Shown in pieces: positions 1 through 12,800 of a stretch of DNA of 64,000 bases. Each line of letters opens with the position of its first letter. The stretch's first letter is position 1. The position numbers and the translations under genes were made by a program. The DNA lies in the NCBI GenBank assembly GCA_002269645.1, contig NIVC01001302.1:112444-176443 (forward strand). Direction: 5' to 3'. Under the pieces are notes generated by a model, which saw only the letters and a list, made by a program, of their open reading frames with translations, did no database searches and was not told the origin of the DNA. The stretch is from Macrostomum lignano. Taxonomy: Eukaryota.

Positions 1-215
1 GGTTCGTGGCCCACTGGAAAATCAATATAACCCTAGATGGATTAGGGGGGTTGTGGCCCACAGGAAATCAATAATAACCCTAGATAGGTTAGGGGGTTGG
101 TGGCCCACTTAAAAATCGATAATAACCCTTCTAGATGGGTTGGAAGTTTGTGGCCACTCAAAAATCGATAATAACCCTAGATGGGTTGGGGGTTGATGGC
201 CCACTGAAAAATTGC
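1..215. repeat. Degenerate ~40-bp tandem repeat at window start
   Basis: Recurring gtggcccact...aaaatc(g/a)ataataaccctagat(g/a)ggtt unit, about 5 copies. Confidence 0.75.
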
Positions 216-639
216 TGAGATTGCAACGGTATGTCCTTATACTCATAGATTTGGAATAATATAGCCCAGTGAAGGCTGTGAGTCTCTCTTAACGCAGTGT
301 TAAAATGAGTTAAATTAAGCTGCACAGTTCTTTGCTCTGTCCCATTATCTAGTCCTGCCGCTAATACAGCTGAATGCTTTTTTGGAAATTTTTTTATATT
401 CCATTAGTTTAGTTGAGCGTAGTTAAATTCTTTTAATTTGTCTCGCGCGAATTTTATTAAGTTGCAAGATATACTACTTGTCAGCTCCAGATGAGCCTAT
501 GTTAAGCGTTTTCCTTTTATTTTAGTTATTATGCAGACAATGCTTTTTGTTTTGGAAGATAAACCCGAAATTTTTATTTACTTATGATTTTTGCTTTCAG
601 CTTAATTCCAGTTAACCCTTTTTCTGTGAACCACCAATA

Positions 640-830
640 AACCCTTCTTAGCCTCACAGAATCTCCTTAAACCCTTCATAGCCTCACAGAATCTCCTTAA
701 ACCCTACTTAGCCTCACAATCTCCTTAAACCCTACTTAGCCTCACAATCTCCTTAAACCCTACTTAGCCTCACGAAATTTCCTTAAACCCTACTTAGCCT
801 CACAGAATCGCCAATAAACCCCCTTTAGTC
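640..830. repeat. ~28-30-bp minisatellite
   Basis: Repeats of ctccttaaaccctacttagcctcac(ag)aat. Confidence 0.8.
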
Positions 831-1026
831 TCACAGAATCGCATAAAGGGGGAGAAATCTATTTGATTAATAGATTTTCACCTGTGCAGCTCATACGCAT
901 GAATTACTGCTACTAGTAGTACAAGTCGGCATTTTCTGCTATGTTTACTCTAATCTGACAGTTTTTTTATTATAATGAAAGAGAGAAGGCTTGGACCACA
1001 GATAGTAAAATAATAACTAGACGGGC

Positions 1027-1446
1027 CACTCAGGCATATATACTTAGTAAAACAGCTTTCTATTGTACTTCCAGTTCAGTAGCAAAGAAGAATACATAAG
1101 CTATTTTATAATAGTAAAGGCGGCTGAAATGACTTTGATAAGTTTAGAAGCCCAAGCTTGAAGGCGTAAACAACTTGCTAATTGGTTCAGCAGTAATGTA
1201 CATTAGCCAGTCCACTGAAATGTACATGGCAGCTTTAGGTTGGAATTCTGAGAAAGGCAATAAAATTGAGGCGGGGCGGGGGGGGGGTAGTGTAGAAAGG
1301 CGCGTTCCGAGGGTTTAAGCTGAGGGTAAGAGCCAATAAATGAGCCTTGGCTTTAAAATGCATTAAAATGCTTCTGTTTAACTTACTACTGAACTGAAAG
1401 TAGCTTACGCGCAAATGTGCTAAGCGGCTTGTCTAGTTATTCTAGT
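1027..1446 (+). mobile_element. Dispersed ~400-bp repeat, copy 1 (possible Helitron-type 3' fragment ending in CTAG)
   Basis: Aligns by eye with 23551-23961 (caggcatatatacttagtaaaac ... gcaaatgtgct ... ttattctagt); ends ttattCTAGT with an imperfect hairpin about 20-45 nt upstream. Confidence 0.6.
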
Positions 1447-1682
1447 TGTGGGACGATGAGCCAGTAAGTGGCATAGAAAAAAAGGCGAGCGAAGCGAGAA
1501 TTTTTTTCTATGGTGCTTACTTTTGCGAAATCGTCCCTGATAAGATTGGGTAACGGTGTCACATAGGAAAATGACGTTTTTCAACTTTGAAACGCTGCGC
1601 ATAAAAAACGGTACGACCGATTTACAAACAGTTTTTGCCAAAATGTGTCAAAGACCTAGCGCTATCGGATGCACAATAGTTG

Positions 1683-1723
1683 GTTGCTATGGCAACGCGT
1701 TTTGGTTGCCATGGCAACCAAAA
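1683..1723. promoter_or_regulatory. Tandem pair of RFX X-box motifs (also at 5909-5949 and 10130-10170)
   Basis: GTTGCTATGGCAAC (1683-1696) and GTTGCCATGGCAAC (1705-1718), the latter inside a perfect 24-bp palindrome 1700-1723; function not demonstrated. Confidence 0.5.
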
Positions 1724-4079
1724 ACTGCGTTTTTTCGACTTTGTCAAAAACTTTGATCTCAAAAAATAAGGATTGAGAATATGGCAGCGCTTAGCGAGTG
1801 GGCTCAGTAAACGCGGGCATTCAAACGCTACAATGATCAGAAATGGATTTTTTGATTGTACTTTAACTTTTAGGGTAAAAGTGCAAAAAACGTGTTTTTT
1901 GAGGTCGAAAAATCGGCATTTTTTTCAACTTTGCCTCACCGCAGCGAAAAGGACGCGCGATAGCGCGGCCTTTGAGCTGCCTCATAGCGTCAATAACACC
2001 TGGGGCTGTTTGATGCGCTATAGTTTTTAGGGCTAAAATGTACTTTTCACATGGCTGCCTATCTGCTGTTTAAAAGTACAAATTTTTAGTGCACTTTTGT
2101 GAGGCCTATGGCGTCGAGATGGAAAACTTTATTTTTGCTGTTTTGTATACCAAATAACTCAAATGGATGTCTTCTATTCGGAAACATTGAGATTTGGCCG
2201 ATTGGGCCATCAATAACCTGCCTAGGTGCCAAAGAGTGCCTAAAAACGACATTTTCGAAAAATTGGGTCACGTTTTCAAAAAGTAGTCCCCAAAAATAAG
2301 GAAGCGTTTTATGCTACGGTGTTGAGACTTTAACACGACGTGTCAAACATTTGGAAATTTGTTTTCCTGAATTTTCTAAGCATTGGGACCTACCTGTGCT
2401 GAGCAGTGACCCGGAAACCAGGGAAAAAAGAGGCCGGGGGCTCTGCAGAAAATCAAACGTTGTTAAGGAAATTTTTTTAAAATGGGGCGAATTTTTTCGA
2501 GTGTAGTGTCAAATTGTAGCCCATCGGATGCCCTTTTGAATGACATAAGACACTCCTGAAAAAACCCCTGTTAACAGGTACTTTTTACCTGTTAAGTGAA
2601 AAACGGCCCATTTGGGGGTACAAACTTTGAAGTCGAAAAATAAGAAATTTTGCGCACCGATTTTTCTGCATTTTCAATATTGTTTAGTCGAATAGCTAAA
2701 GTTTCACCGGTCATACGCCAATATGGCTGGAAAATTCGTATTTTTGAGCAAACTGCATCTGATTTTGAAAAATGCAATTTTTCGGCCAATTTTTTGTACA
2801 TGTTTTTCAACCTTGCCCGTACTGCAGCGAAAAGGACGCGCAATAGCGCGGCTTTTGAGCTGCTGCATAATGTAAACAACACCTGGGGCTTTTAGATGCG
2901 CTATAATTTTTTGGGCTAAAATGTACTTTTGACATGGCTGCCTATCTGCACTTTAAAAGTACAAACCGTTTGTGCACTTTAAAGAGGCTTATCCTATACA
3001 GATGCAAATCTTGATTTTTTCAATTTTTCAACCCAAATCACTCAAATGGATGTCTTTTATTCGGAAATGCTGAGATCTGCTTGATTGGGCCATTCATTGC
3101 TGCTCTATATGGCTACAAGGGTCAAAAAGAGTGTTTTTGAAAATTTGGGTCACGTTTTCAAAAAGTAGTCTCCAAAAATAAGAAAGTGTTTTAAGCTACG
3201 GTGTTGAAATTTTAACAAAACGTGTCAAACATATGGAAATTTGTTTTCCTAAATTTTCTAAGCATTTGGACCTACCTGTGCGGAGCAGTGACCCGGAAAC
3301 CGGGGAAAAAAGAGGCCGGGGGACTCGACCAAAAAAGCATATGTTGTTAAAGAAAAATTTTTATTACTGGGCGAATTTTTTCGAATGTGGTGTCAAATTG
3401 TAGCCCATCGGATGCCCTTTTGAATGACATAAGACACTCCTGAAAAAACCCCTGTTAACAGGTACTTTTTACCTGTTAATTGAAAAACGGCCCTTTTGGG
3501 GTACAAACTTTGAAGTCGAAAAATAAGAAATTTTGCGCACCGATTTTTCTGCATTTTCAATATTGTTTAGTCGAATAGCTGAAGTTACACCGGTCATACG
3601 CCAATATGGCTGGAAAATTCGTATTTTTGAGAAAATTGGCTCCGAATTTTGAGTAGGCCATTTTTGGGCAAATTTTGAGCATACTTTTGCTAATAACTCT
3701 GCATTGGCGAGACCTAGAGACTCAAGTTTGGTGTCTAAAAACAGCACTATGGATGCATTATGCAGCTAAATCAGTTTTGAAAACTGATTCTTAGGTTAAC
3801 AGGTCTTAATACCTGTTTGATTACCTGCCAGAACAGGTGAAAATTAATATTTTGGCGCCTAGCAGCCGAAAAATTTGTTGACATAATTTGAAAATGCATT
3901 GGATGAATGCGCCTTGATGTTATCTCTGTAACGACATGCGACTCGTATTTTTAGGTAGAAGCGTTGCGATGCAACGAGCAGAAATGTATGAAAAAGCAGA
4001 AAAAATGGTAGAAATGGCTGCTATTAGCGATATTCGATATAAAATACGTGTACAATAGGCCAACTTAGTAAGCAATTTG

Positions 4080-4134
4080 TGGCTCAGTGGCAGAGTTAGT
4101 TTCCATATAATTCAGTGCTGCAGGGTTCGATTCC
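4080..4134 (+). promoter_or_regulatory. tRNA-type Pol III internal promoter (A box + B box), also at 8305-8359 and 12527-12581
   Basis: TGGCTCAGTGG (A box) and GGTTCGATTCC (B box) 33 nt apart, TTTTT about 15 nt downstream; the cloverleaf stems do not pair, so not a canonical tRNA. Confidence 0.55.
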
Positions 4135-4456
4135 CAAGAGATCCGAAAAATTTTTAGTTTAAAGTTCTTTTAGAGCAAACAGTTTTTTAGTATTTTTATT
4201 TCTCTAACTATTATGTTTTTTATACAATTAAATTACATTTATTTAAATTTATTTTTCTTTTTATACGTATTTAAAGAGTAACAGTGAATCTTTTAGTGCG
4301 GCACGTATGATTGTTAGTGCAAAAAGTATATTACGATACATGTCGGCAAGCAAGTATTTGATGTCTGGTCGTTTGAAGGCTAGAATATAGTTGTAACATA
4401 TTACAAAGACGTGTTTAGATGTGGGAAAAGTTCTCGAGGGGTGGTGGAGCGGTGGG

Positions 4457-5560
4457 GGAGCCAGCCCCCTTTACCACTAGACTAACTAATGCCAGGGGCG
4501 TGGGGGGCGGCTAGCCCCCACTATACCACTATACCACTAGACTAACTAATGCCAGGGGCGTGGGGGGCGGCCAGCCCCCACTATACCACTAGACTAACTA
4601 ATGCCAGGGGCGTGGGGGGCGGCCAGCCCCCACTATACCACTAGACTAACTAATGCCAGGGGCGTGGGGGGCGGCCAGCCCCCTACTATACCACTAGACT
4701 AACTAATGCCAGGGGCGTGGGGGGGCGGCTAGCCCCCACTATACCACTATACCACTAGACTAACTAATGCCAGGGGCGTGGGGGGCGGCCAGCCCCCACT
4801 ATACCACTAGACTAACTAATGCCAGGGGCGTGGGGGCGGCCAGCCCCCCACTATACCACTAGACTAACTAATGCCAGGGGCGTGGGGGCGGCGAGCCCCC
4901 CACTATACCACTAGACTAATAAATGCCAGGGGCGTGGGGGGCGGCCAGCCCCCACTATACCACTAGACTAACTAATGCCATGGGCGTGGGGGCGGCCAGC
5001 CCCCCACTATACCACTAGACTAACTAATGCCAGGGGCGTGGGGGCGGCCAGCCCCCACTATACCACTTAGACTAACTAATGCCAGGGGCGTGGGGGCGGC
5101 CAGCCCTCCACTATACCACTAGACTAACTAATGCCAGGGGCGTGGGGGGCGGCCAGCCCCCACTATACCACTAGACTAATAAATGCCAGGGGCGTGGGGG
5201 GCGGCCAGCCCCCACTATACCACTAGACTAACTAACGCTAGGGGCGTGGGGGGCGGCCAGCCCCCCACTATACCACTAGACTAATAAATGCCAGGGGCGT
5301 GGGGGCGGCCAGCCCCCACTATACCACTAGACTAACTAACGCCAGGGGCGTGGGGGGGCGGCCAGCCCCCTACTATACCACTAGACTAACTAATGCCAGG
5401 GGCGTGGGGGCGGCCAGCCCCCACTATACCACTAGACTAACTAATGCCAGGGGCGTGGGGGCGGCCAGCCCCCCACTATACCACTTAGACTAACTAATGC
5501 CAGGGCGGCCAGCCCCCCACTATACCACTAGACTAACTAATGCCAGGGGCGTGGGGGGCT
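4457..5560. repeat. ~52-bp GC-rich minisatellite, about 21 copies (unit 1)
   Basis: gccaggggcgtggggggcggccagcccccactataccactagactaactaat. Confidence 0.95.
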
Positions 5561-5672
5561 TTTTAGCTCTCAATTTAGGTTAAATAAATAGATGTCATAG
5601 CCATAAACAATAATTGACACAATATAAACCATCGTCCCACCTTTGAAGACGACAGCGTCTTCATTCACTAGT

Positions 5673-8600
5673 TGTGGGACGATGAGCCAGTAAGTGGCAT
5701 AGAAAAAAAGGCGAGCGAAGCGAGAATTTTTTTCTATGGTGCTTACTTTTGCGAAATCGTCCCTGATAAGATTGGGTAACGGTGTCACATAGGAAAATGA
5801 CGTTTTTCAACTTTGAAACGCTGCGCATAAAAAACGGTACGACCGATTTACAAACAGTTTTTGCCAAAATGTGTCAAAGACCTAGCGCTATCGGATGCAC
5901 AATAGTTGGTTGCTATGGCAACGCGTTTTGGTTGCCATGGCAACCAAAAACTGCGTTTTTTCGACTTTGTCAAAAACTTTGATCTCAAAAAATAAGGATT
6001 GAGAATATGGCAGCGCTTAGCGAGTGGGCTCAGTAAACGCGGGCATTCAAACGCTACAATGATCAGAAATGGATTTTTTGATTGTACTTTAACTTTTAGG
6101 GTAAAAGTGCAAAAAACGTGTTTTTTGAGGTCGAAAAATCGGCATTTTTTTCAACTTTGCCTCACCGCAGCGAAAAGGACGCGCGATAGCGCGGCCTTTG
6201 AGCTGCCTCATAGCGTCAATAACACCTGGGGCTGTTTGATGCGCTATAGTTTTTAGGGCTAAAATGTACTTTTCACATGGCTGCCTATCTGCTGTTTAAA
6301 AGTACAAATTTTTAGTGCACTTTTGTGAGGCCTATGGCGTCGAGATGGAAAACTTTATTTTTGCTGTTTTGTATACCAAATAACTCAAATGGATGTCTTC
6401 TATTCGGAAACATTGAGATTTGGCCGATTGGGCCATCAATAACCTGCCTAGGTGCCAAAGAGTGCCTAAAAACGACATTTTCGAAAAATTGGGTCACGTT
6501 TTCAAAAAGTAGTCCCCAAAAATAAGGAAGCGTTTTATGCTACGGTGTTGAGACTTTAACACGACGTGTCAAACATTTGGAAATTTGTTTTCCTGAATTT
6601 TCTAAGCATTGGGACCTACCTGTGCTGAGCAGTGACCCGGAAACCAGGGAAAAAAGAGGCCGGGGGCTCTGCAGAAAATCAAACGTTGTTAAGGAAATTT
6701 TTTTAAAATGGGGCGAATTTTTTCGAGTGTAGTGTCAAATTGTAGCCCATCGGATGCCCTTTTGAATGACATAAGACACTCCTGAAAAAACCCCTGTTAA
6801 CAGGTACTTTTTACCTGTTAAGTGAAAAACGGCCCATTTGGGGTACAAACTTTGAAGTCGAAAAATAAGAAATTTTGCGCACCGATTTTTCTGCATTTTC
6901 AATATTGTTTAGTCGAATAGCTAAAGTTTCACCGGTCATACGCCAATATGGCTGGAAAATTCGTATTTTTGAGCAAACTGCATCTGATTTTGAAAAATGC
7001 AATTTTTCGGCCAATTTTTTGTACATGTTTTTCAACCTTGCCCGTACTGCAGCGAAAAGGACGCGCAATAGCGCGGCTTTTGAGCTGCTGCATAATGTAA
7101 ACAACACCTGGGGCTTTTAGATGCGCTATAATTTTTTGGGCTAAAATGTACTTTTGACATGGCTGCCTATCTGCACTTTAAAAGTACAAACCGTTTGTGC
7201 ACTTTAAAGAGGCTTATCCTATACAGATGCAAATCTTGATTTTTTCAATTTTTCAACCCAAATCACTCAAATGGATGTCTTTTATTCGGAAATGCTGAGA
7301 TCTGCTTGATTGGGCCATTCATTGCTGCTCTATATGGCTACAAGGGTCAAAAAGAGTGTTTTTGAAAATTTGGGTCACGTTTTCAAAAAGTAGTCTCCAA
7401 AAATAAGAAAGTGTTTTAAGCTACGGTGTTGAAATTTTAACAAAACGTGTCAAACATATGGAAATTTGTTTTCCTAAATTTTCTAAGCATTTGGACCTAC
7501 CTGTGCGGAGCAGTGACCCGGAAACCGGGGAAAAAAGAGGCCGGGGGACTCGACCAAAAAAGCATATGTTGTTAAAGAAAAATTTTTATTACTGGGCGAA
7601 TTTTTTCGAATGTGGTGTCAAATTGTAGCCCATCGGATGCCCTTTTGAATGACATAAGACACTCCTGAAAAAACCCCTGTTAACAGGTACTTTTTACCTG
7701 TTAATTGAAAAACGGCCCTTTTGGGGTACAAACTTTGAAGTCGAAAAATAAGAAATTTTGCGCACCGATTTTTCTGCATTTTCAATATTGTTTAGTCGAA
7801 TAGCTGAAGTTACACCGGTCATACGCCAATATGGCTGGAAAATTCGTATTTTTGAGAAAATTGGCTCCGAATTTTGAGTAGGCCATTTTTGGGCAAATTT
7901 TGAGCATACTTTTGCTAATAACTCTGCATTGGCGAGACCTAGAGACTCAAGTTTGGTGTCTAAAAACAGCACTATGGATGCATTATGCAGCTAAATCAGT
8001 TTTGAAAACTGATTCTTAGGTTAACAGGTCTTAATACCTGTTTGATTACCTGCCAGAACAGGTGAAAATTAATATTTTGGCGCCTAGCAGCCGAAAAATT
8101 TGTTGACATAATTTGAAAATGCATTGGATGAATGCGCCTTGATGTTATCTCTGTAACGACATGCGACTCGTATTTTTAGGTAGAAGCGTTGCGATGCAAC
8201 GAGCAGAAATGTATGAAAAAGCAGAAAAAATGGTAGAAATGGCTGCTATTAGCGATATTCGATATAAAATACGTGTACAATAGGCCAACTTAGTAAGCAA
8301 TTTGTGGCTCAGTGGCAGAGTTAGTTTCCATATAATTCAGTGCTGCAGGGTTCGATTCCCAAGAGATCCGAAAAATTTTTAGTTTAAAGTTCTTTTAGAG
8401 CAAACAGTTTTTTAGTATTTTTATTTCTCTAACTATTATGTTTTTTATACAATTAAATTACATTTATTTAAATTTATTTTTCTTTTTATACGTATTTAAA
8501 GAGTAACAGTGAATCTTTTAGTGCGGCACGTATGATTGTTAGTGCAAAAAGTATATTACGATACATGTCGGCAAGCAAGTATTTGATGTCTGGTCGTTTG

Positions 8601-9893
8601 AAGGCTAGAATATAGTTGTAACATATTACAAAGACGTGTTTAGATGTGGGAAAAGTTCTCGAGGGGTGGTGGAGCGGTGGGGGAGCCAGCCCCCCTTTAC
8701 CACTAGACTAACTAATGCCAGGGGCGTGGGGGCGGCTAGCCCCCACTATACCACTATACCACTAGACTAACTAATGCCAGGGGCGTGGGGGGCGGCCAGC
8801 CCCCACTATACCACTAGACTAACTAATGCCAGGGGCGTGGGGGCGGCCAGCCCCCACTATACCACTAGACTAACTAATGCCAGGGGCGTGGGGGCGGCCA
8901 GCCCCCTACTATACCACTAGACTAACTAATGCCAGGGGCGTGGGGGGCGGCTAGCCCCCACTATACCACTATACCACTAGACTAACTAATGCCAGGGGCG
9001 TGGGGGCGGCCAGCCCCCACTATACCACTAGACTAACTAATGCCAGGGGCGTGGGGGCGGCCAGCCCCCCACTATACCACTAGACTAACTAATGCCAGGG
9101 GCGTGGGGGCGGCGAGCCCCCCACTATACCACTAGACTAATAAATGCCAGGGGCGTGGGGGCGGCCAGCCCCCACTATACCACTAGACTAACTAATGCCA
9201 GGGGCGTGGGGGCGGCCAGCCCCCACTATACCACTAGACTAACTAATGCCAGGGGCGTGGGGGCGGCCAGCCCCCCACTATACCACTTAGACTAACTAAT
9301 GCCAGGGGCGTGGGGGCGGCCAGCCCCCACTATACCACTAGACTAACTAATGCCAGGGGCGTGGGGGCGGCCAGCCCCCACTATACCACTAGACTAATAA
9401 ATGCCAGGGGCGTGGGGGCGGCCAGCCCCCACTATACCACTAGACTAACTAACGCTAGGGGCGTGGGGGGCGGCCAGCCCCCCACTATACCACTAGACTA
9501 ATAAATGCCAGGGGCGTGGGGGGCGGCCAGCCCCCCACTATACCACTAGACTAACTAACGCCAGGGGCGTGGGGGGGCGGCCAGCCCCCTACTATACCAC
9601 TAGACTAACTAATGCCAGGGGCGTGGGGGGCGGCCAGCCCCCCACTATACCACTAGACTAACTAATGCCAGGGGCGTGGGGGGCGGCCAGCCCCCCACTA
9701 TACCACTTAGACTAACTAATGCCAGGGCGGCCAGCCCCCACTATACCACTAGACTAACTAATGCCAGGGGCGTGGGGGGCTTTTTAGCTCTCAATTTAGG
9801 TTAAATAAATAGATGTCATAGCCATAAACAATAATTGACACAATATAAACCATCGTCCCACCTTTGAAGACGACAGCGTCTTCATTCACTAGT
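5673..9893 (+). mobile_element. Same element, unit 2 (4221 bp)
   Basis: Near-identical to unit 1; junction ttcattcaCTAGTtgtgggacgatg; the ORF track repeats the same short ORFs at about +4.2 kb. Confidence 0.7.
8685..9781. repeat. ~52-bp GC-rich minisatellite (unit 2)
   Basis: Same monomer and largely the same order of variants as unit 1. Confidence 0.95.
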
Positions 9894-12800
9894 TGTGGGA
9901 CGATGAGCCAGTAAGTGGCATAGAAAAAAAGGCGAGCGAAGCGAGAATTTTTTTCTATGGTGCTTACTTTTGCGAAATCGTCCCTGATAAGATTGGGTAA
10001 CGGTGTCACATAGGAAAATGACGTTTTTCAACTTTGAAACGCTGCGCATAAAAAACGGTACGACCGATTTACAAACAGTTTTTGCCAAAATGTGTCAAAG
10101 ACCTAGCGCTATCGGATGCACAATAGTTGGTTGCTATGGCAACGCGTTTTGGTTGCCATGGCAACCAAAAACTGCGTTTTTTCGACTTTGTCAAAAACTT
10201 TGATCTCAAAAAATAAGGATTGAGAATATGGCAGCGCTTAGCGAGTGGGCTCAGTAAACGCGGGCATTCAAACGCTACAATGATCAGAAATGGATTTTTT
10301 GATTGTACTTTAACTTTTAGGGTAAAAGTGCAAAAAACGTGTTTTTTGAGGTCGAAAAATCGGCATTTTTTTCAACTTTGCCTCACCGCAGCGAAAAGGA
10401 CGCGCGATAGCGCGGCCTTTGAGCTGCCTCATAGCGTCAATAACACCTGGGGCTGTTTGATGCGCTATAGTTTTTAGGGCTAAAATGTACTTTTCACATG
10501 GCTGCCTATCTGCTGTTTAAAAGTACAAATTTTTAGTGCACTTTTGTGAGGCCTATGGCGTCGAGATGGAAAACTTTATTTTTGCTGTTTTGTATACCAA
10601 ATAACTCAAATGGATGTCTTCTATTCGGAAACATTGAGATTTGGCCGATTGGGCCATCAATAACCTGCCTAGGTGCCAAAGAGTGCCTAAAAACGACATT
10701 TTCGAAAAATTGGGTCACGTTTTCAAAAAGTAGTCCCCAAAAATAAGGAAGCGTTTTATGCTACGGTGTTGAGACTTTAACACGACGTGTCAAACATTTG
10801 GAAATTTGTTTTCCTGAATTTTCTAAGCATTGGGACCTACCTGTGCTGAGCAGTGACCCGGAAACCAGGGAAAAAAGAGGCCGGGGGCTCTGCAGAAAAT
10901 CAAACGTTGTTAAGGAAATTTTTTTAAAATGGGGCGAATTTTTTCGAGTGTAGTGTCAAATTGTAGCCCATCGGATGCCCTTTTGAATGACATAAGACAC
11001 TCCTGAAAAAACCCCTGTTAACAGGTACTTTTTACCTGTTAAGTGAAAAACGGCCCATTTGGGGGTACAAACTTTGAAGTCGAAAAATAAGAAATTTTGC
11101 GCACCGATTTTTCTGCATTTTCAATATTGTTTAGTCGAATAGCTAAAGTTTCACCGGTCATACGCCAATATGGCTGGAAAATTCGTATTTTTGAGCAAAC
11201 TGCATCTGATTTTGAAAAATGCAATTTTTCGGCCAATTTTTTGTACATGTTTTTCAACCTTGCCCGTACTGCAGCGAAAAGGACGCGCAATAGCGCGGCT
11301 TTTGAGCTGCTGCATAATGTAAACAACACCTGGGGCTTTTAGATGCGCTATAATTTTTTGGGCTAAAATGTACTTTTGACATGGCTGCCTATCTGCACTT
11401 TAAAAGTACAAACCGTTTGTGCACTTTAAAGAGGCTTATCCTATACAGATGCAAATCTTGATTTTTTCAATTTTTCAACCCAAATCACTCAAATGGATGT
11501 CTTTTATTCGGAAATGCTGAGATCTGCTTGATTGGGCCATTCATTGCTGCTCTATATGGCTACAAGGGTCAAAAAGAGTGTTTTTGAAAATTTGGGTCAC
11601 GTTTTCAAAAAGTAGTCTCCAAAAATAAGAAAGTGTTTTAAGCTACGGTGTTGAAATTTTAACAAAACGTGTCAAACATATGGAAATTTGTTTTCCTAAA
11701 TTTTCTAAGCATTTGGACCTACCTGTGCGGAGCAGTGACCCGGAAACCGGGGAAAAAAGAGGCCGGGGGACTCGACCAAAAAAGCATATGTTGTTAAAGA
11801 AAAATTTTTATTACTGGGCGAATTTTTTCGAATGTGGTGTCAAATTGTAGCCCATCGGATGCCCTTTTGAATGACATAAGACACTCCTGAAAAAACCCCT
11901 GTTAACAGGTACTTTTTACCTGTTAATTGAAAAACGGCCCTTTTGGGGTACAAACTTTGAAGTCGAAAAATAAGAAATTTTGCGCACCGATTTTTCTGCA
12001 TTTTCAATATTGTTTAGTCGAATAGCTGAAGTTACACCGGTCATACGCCAATATGGCTGGAAAATTCGTATTTTTGAGAAAATTGGCTCCGAATTTTGAG
12101 TAGGCCATTTTTGGGCAAATTTTGAGCATACTTTTGCTAATAACTCTGCATTGGCGAGACCTAGAGACTCAAGTTTGGTGTCTAAAAACAGCACTATGGA
12201 TGCATTATGCAGCTAAATCAGTTTTGAAAACTGATTCTTAGGTTAACAGGTCTTAATACCTGTTTGATTACCTGCCAGAACAGGTGAAAATTAATATTTT
12301 GGCGCCTAGCAGCCGAAAAATTTGTTGACATAATTTGAAAATGCATTGGATGAATGCGCCTTGATGTTATCTCTGTAACGACATGCGACTCGTATTTTTA
12401 GGTAGAAGCGTTGCGATGCAACGAGCAGAAATGTATGAAAAAGCAGAAAAAATGGTAGAAATGGCTGCTATTAGCGATATTCGATATAAAATACGTGTAC
12501 AATAGGCCAACTTAGTAAGCAATTTGTGGCTCAGTGGCAGAGTTAGTTTCCATATAATTCAGTGCTGCAGGGTTCGATTCCCAAGAGATCCGAAAAATTT
12601 TTAGTTTAAAGTTCTTTTAGAGCAAACAGTTTTTTAGTATTTTTATTTCTCTAACTATTATGTTTTTTATACAATTAAATTACATTTATTTAAATTTATT
12701 TTTCTTTTTATACGTATTTAAAGAGTAACAGTGAATCTTTTAGTGCGGCACGTATGATTGTTAGTGCAAAAAGTATATTACGATACATGTCGGCAAGCAA

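Larger units (their letters stand above)
1447..5672 (+). mobile_element. Non-autonomous Helentron/Helitron-like element, unit 1 of head-to-tail trimer (4226 bp)
   Basis: 5' gtgggacgatg (1448-1458) is the inverted repeat of subterminal catcgtcccac (5630-5640); hairpin tgaagacg-acag-cgtcttca (5644-5663); ends cactagt; internal tandem repeats; no Rep/helicase ORF. Confidence 0.7.

Noticed and set aside
4071-4150. Functional tRNA gene
   Set aside because: A and B boxes are present, but acceptor, anticodon and T stems do not pair; kept only as a Pol III promoter
1420-12194. Short 60-98-aa ORFs repeated three times in the 4.2-kb units
   Set aside because: No HUH Rep, helicase, transposase or other motif; overlapping frames on both strands; they repeat only because the DNA repeats
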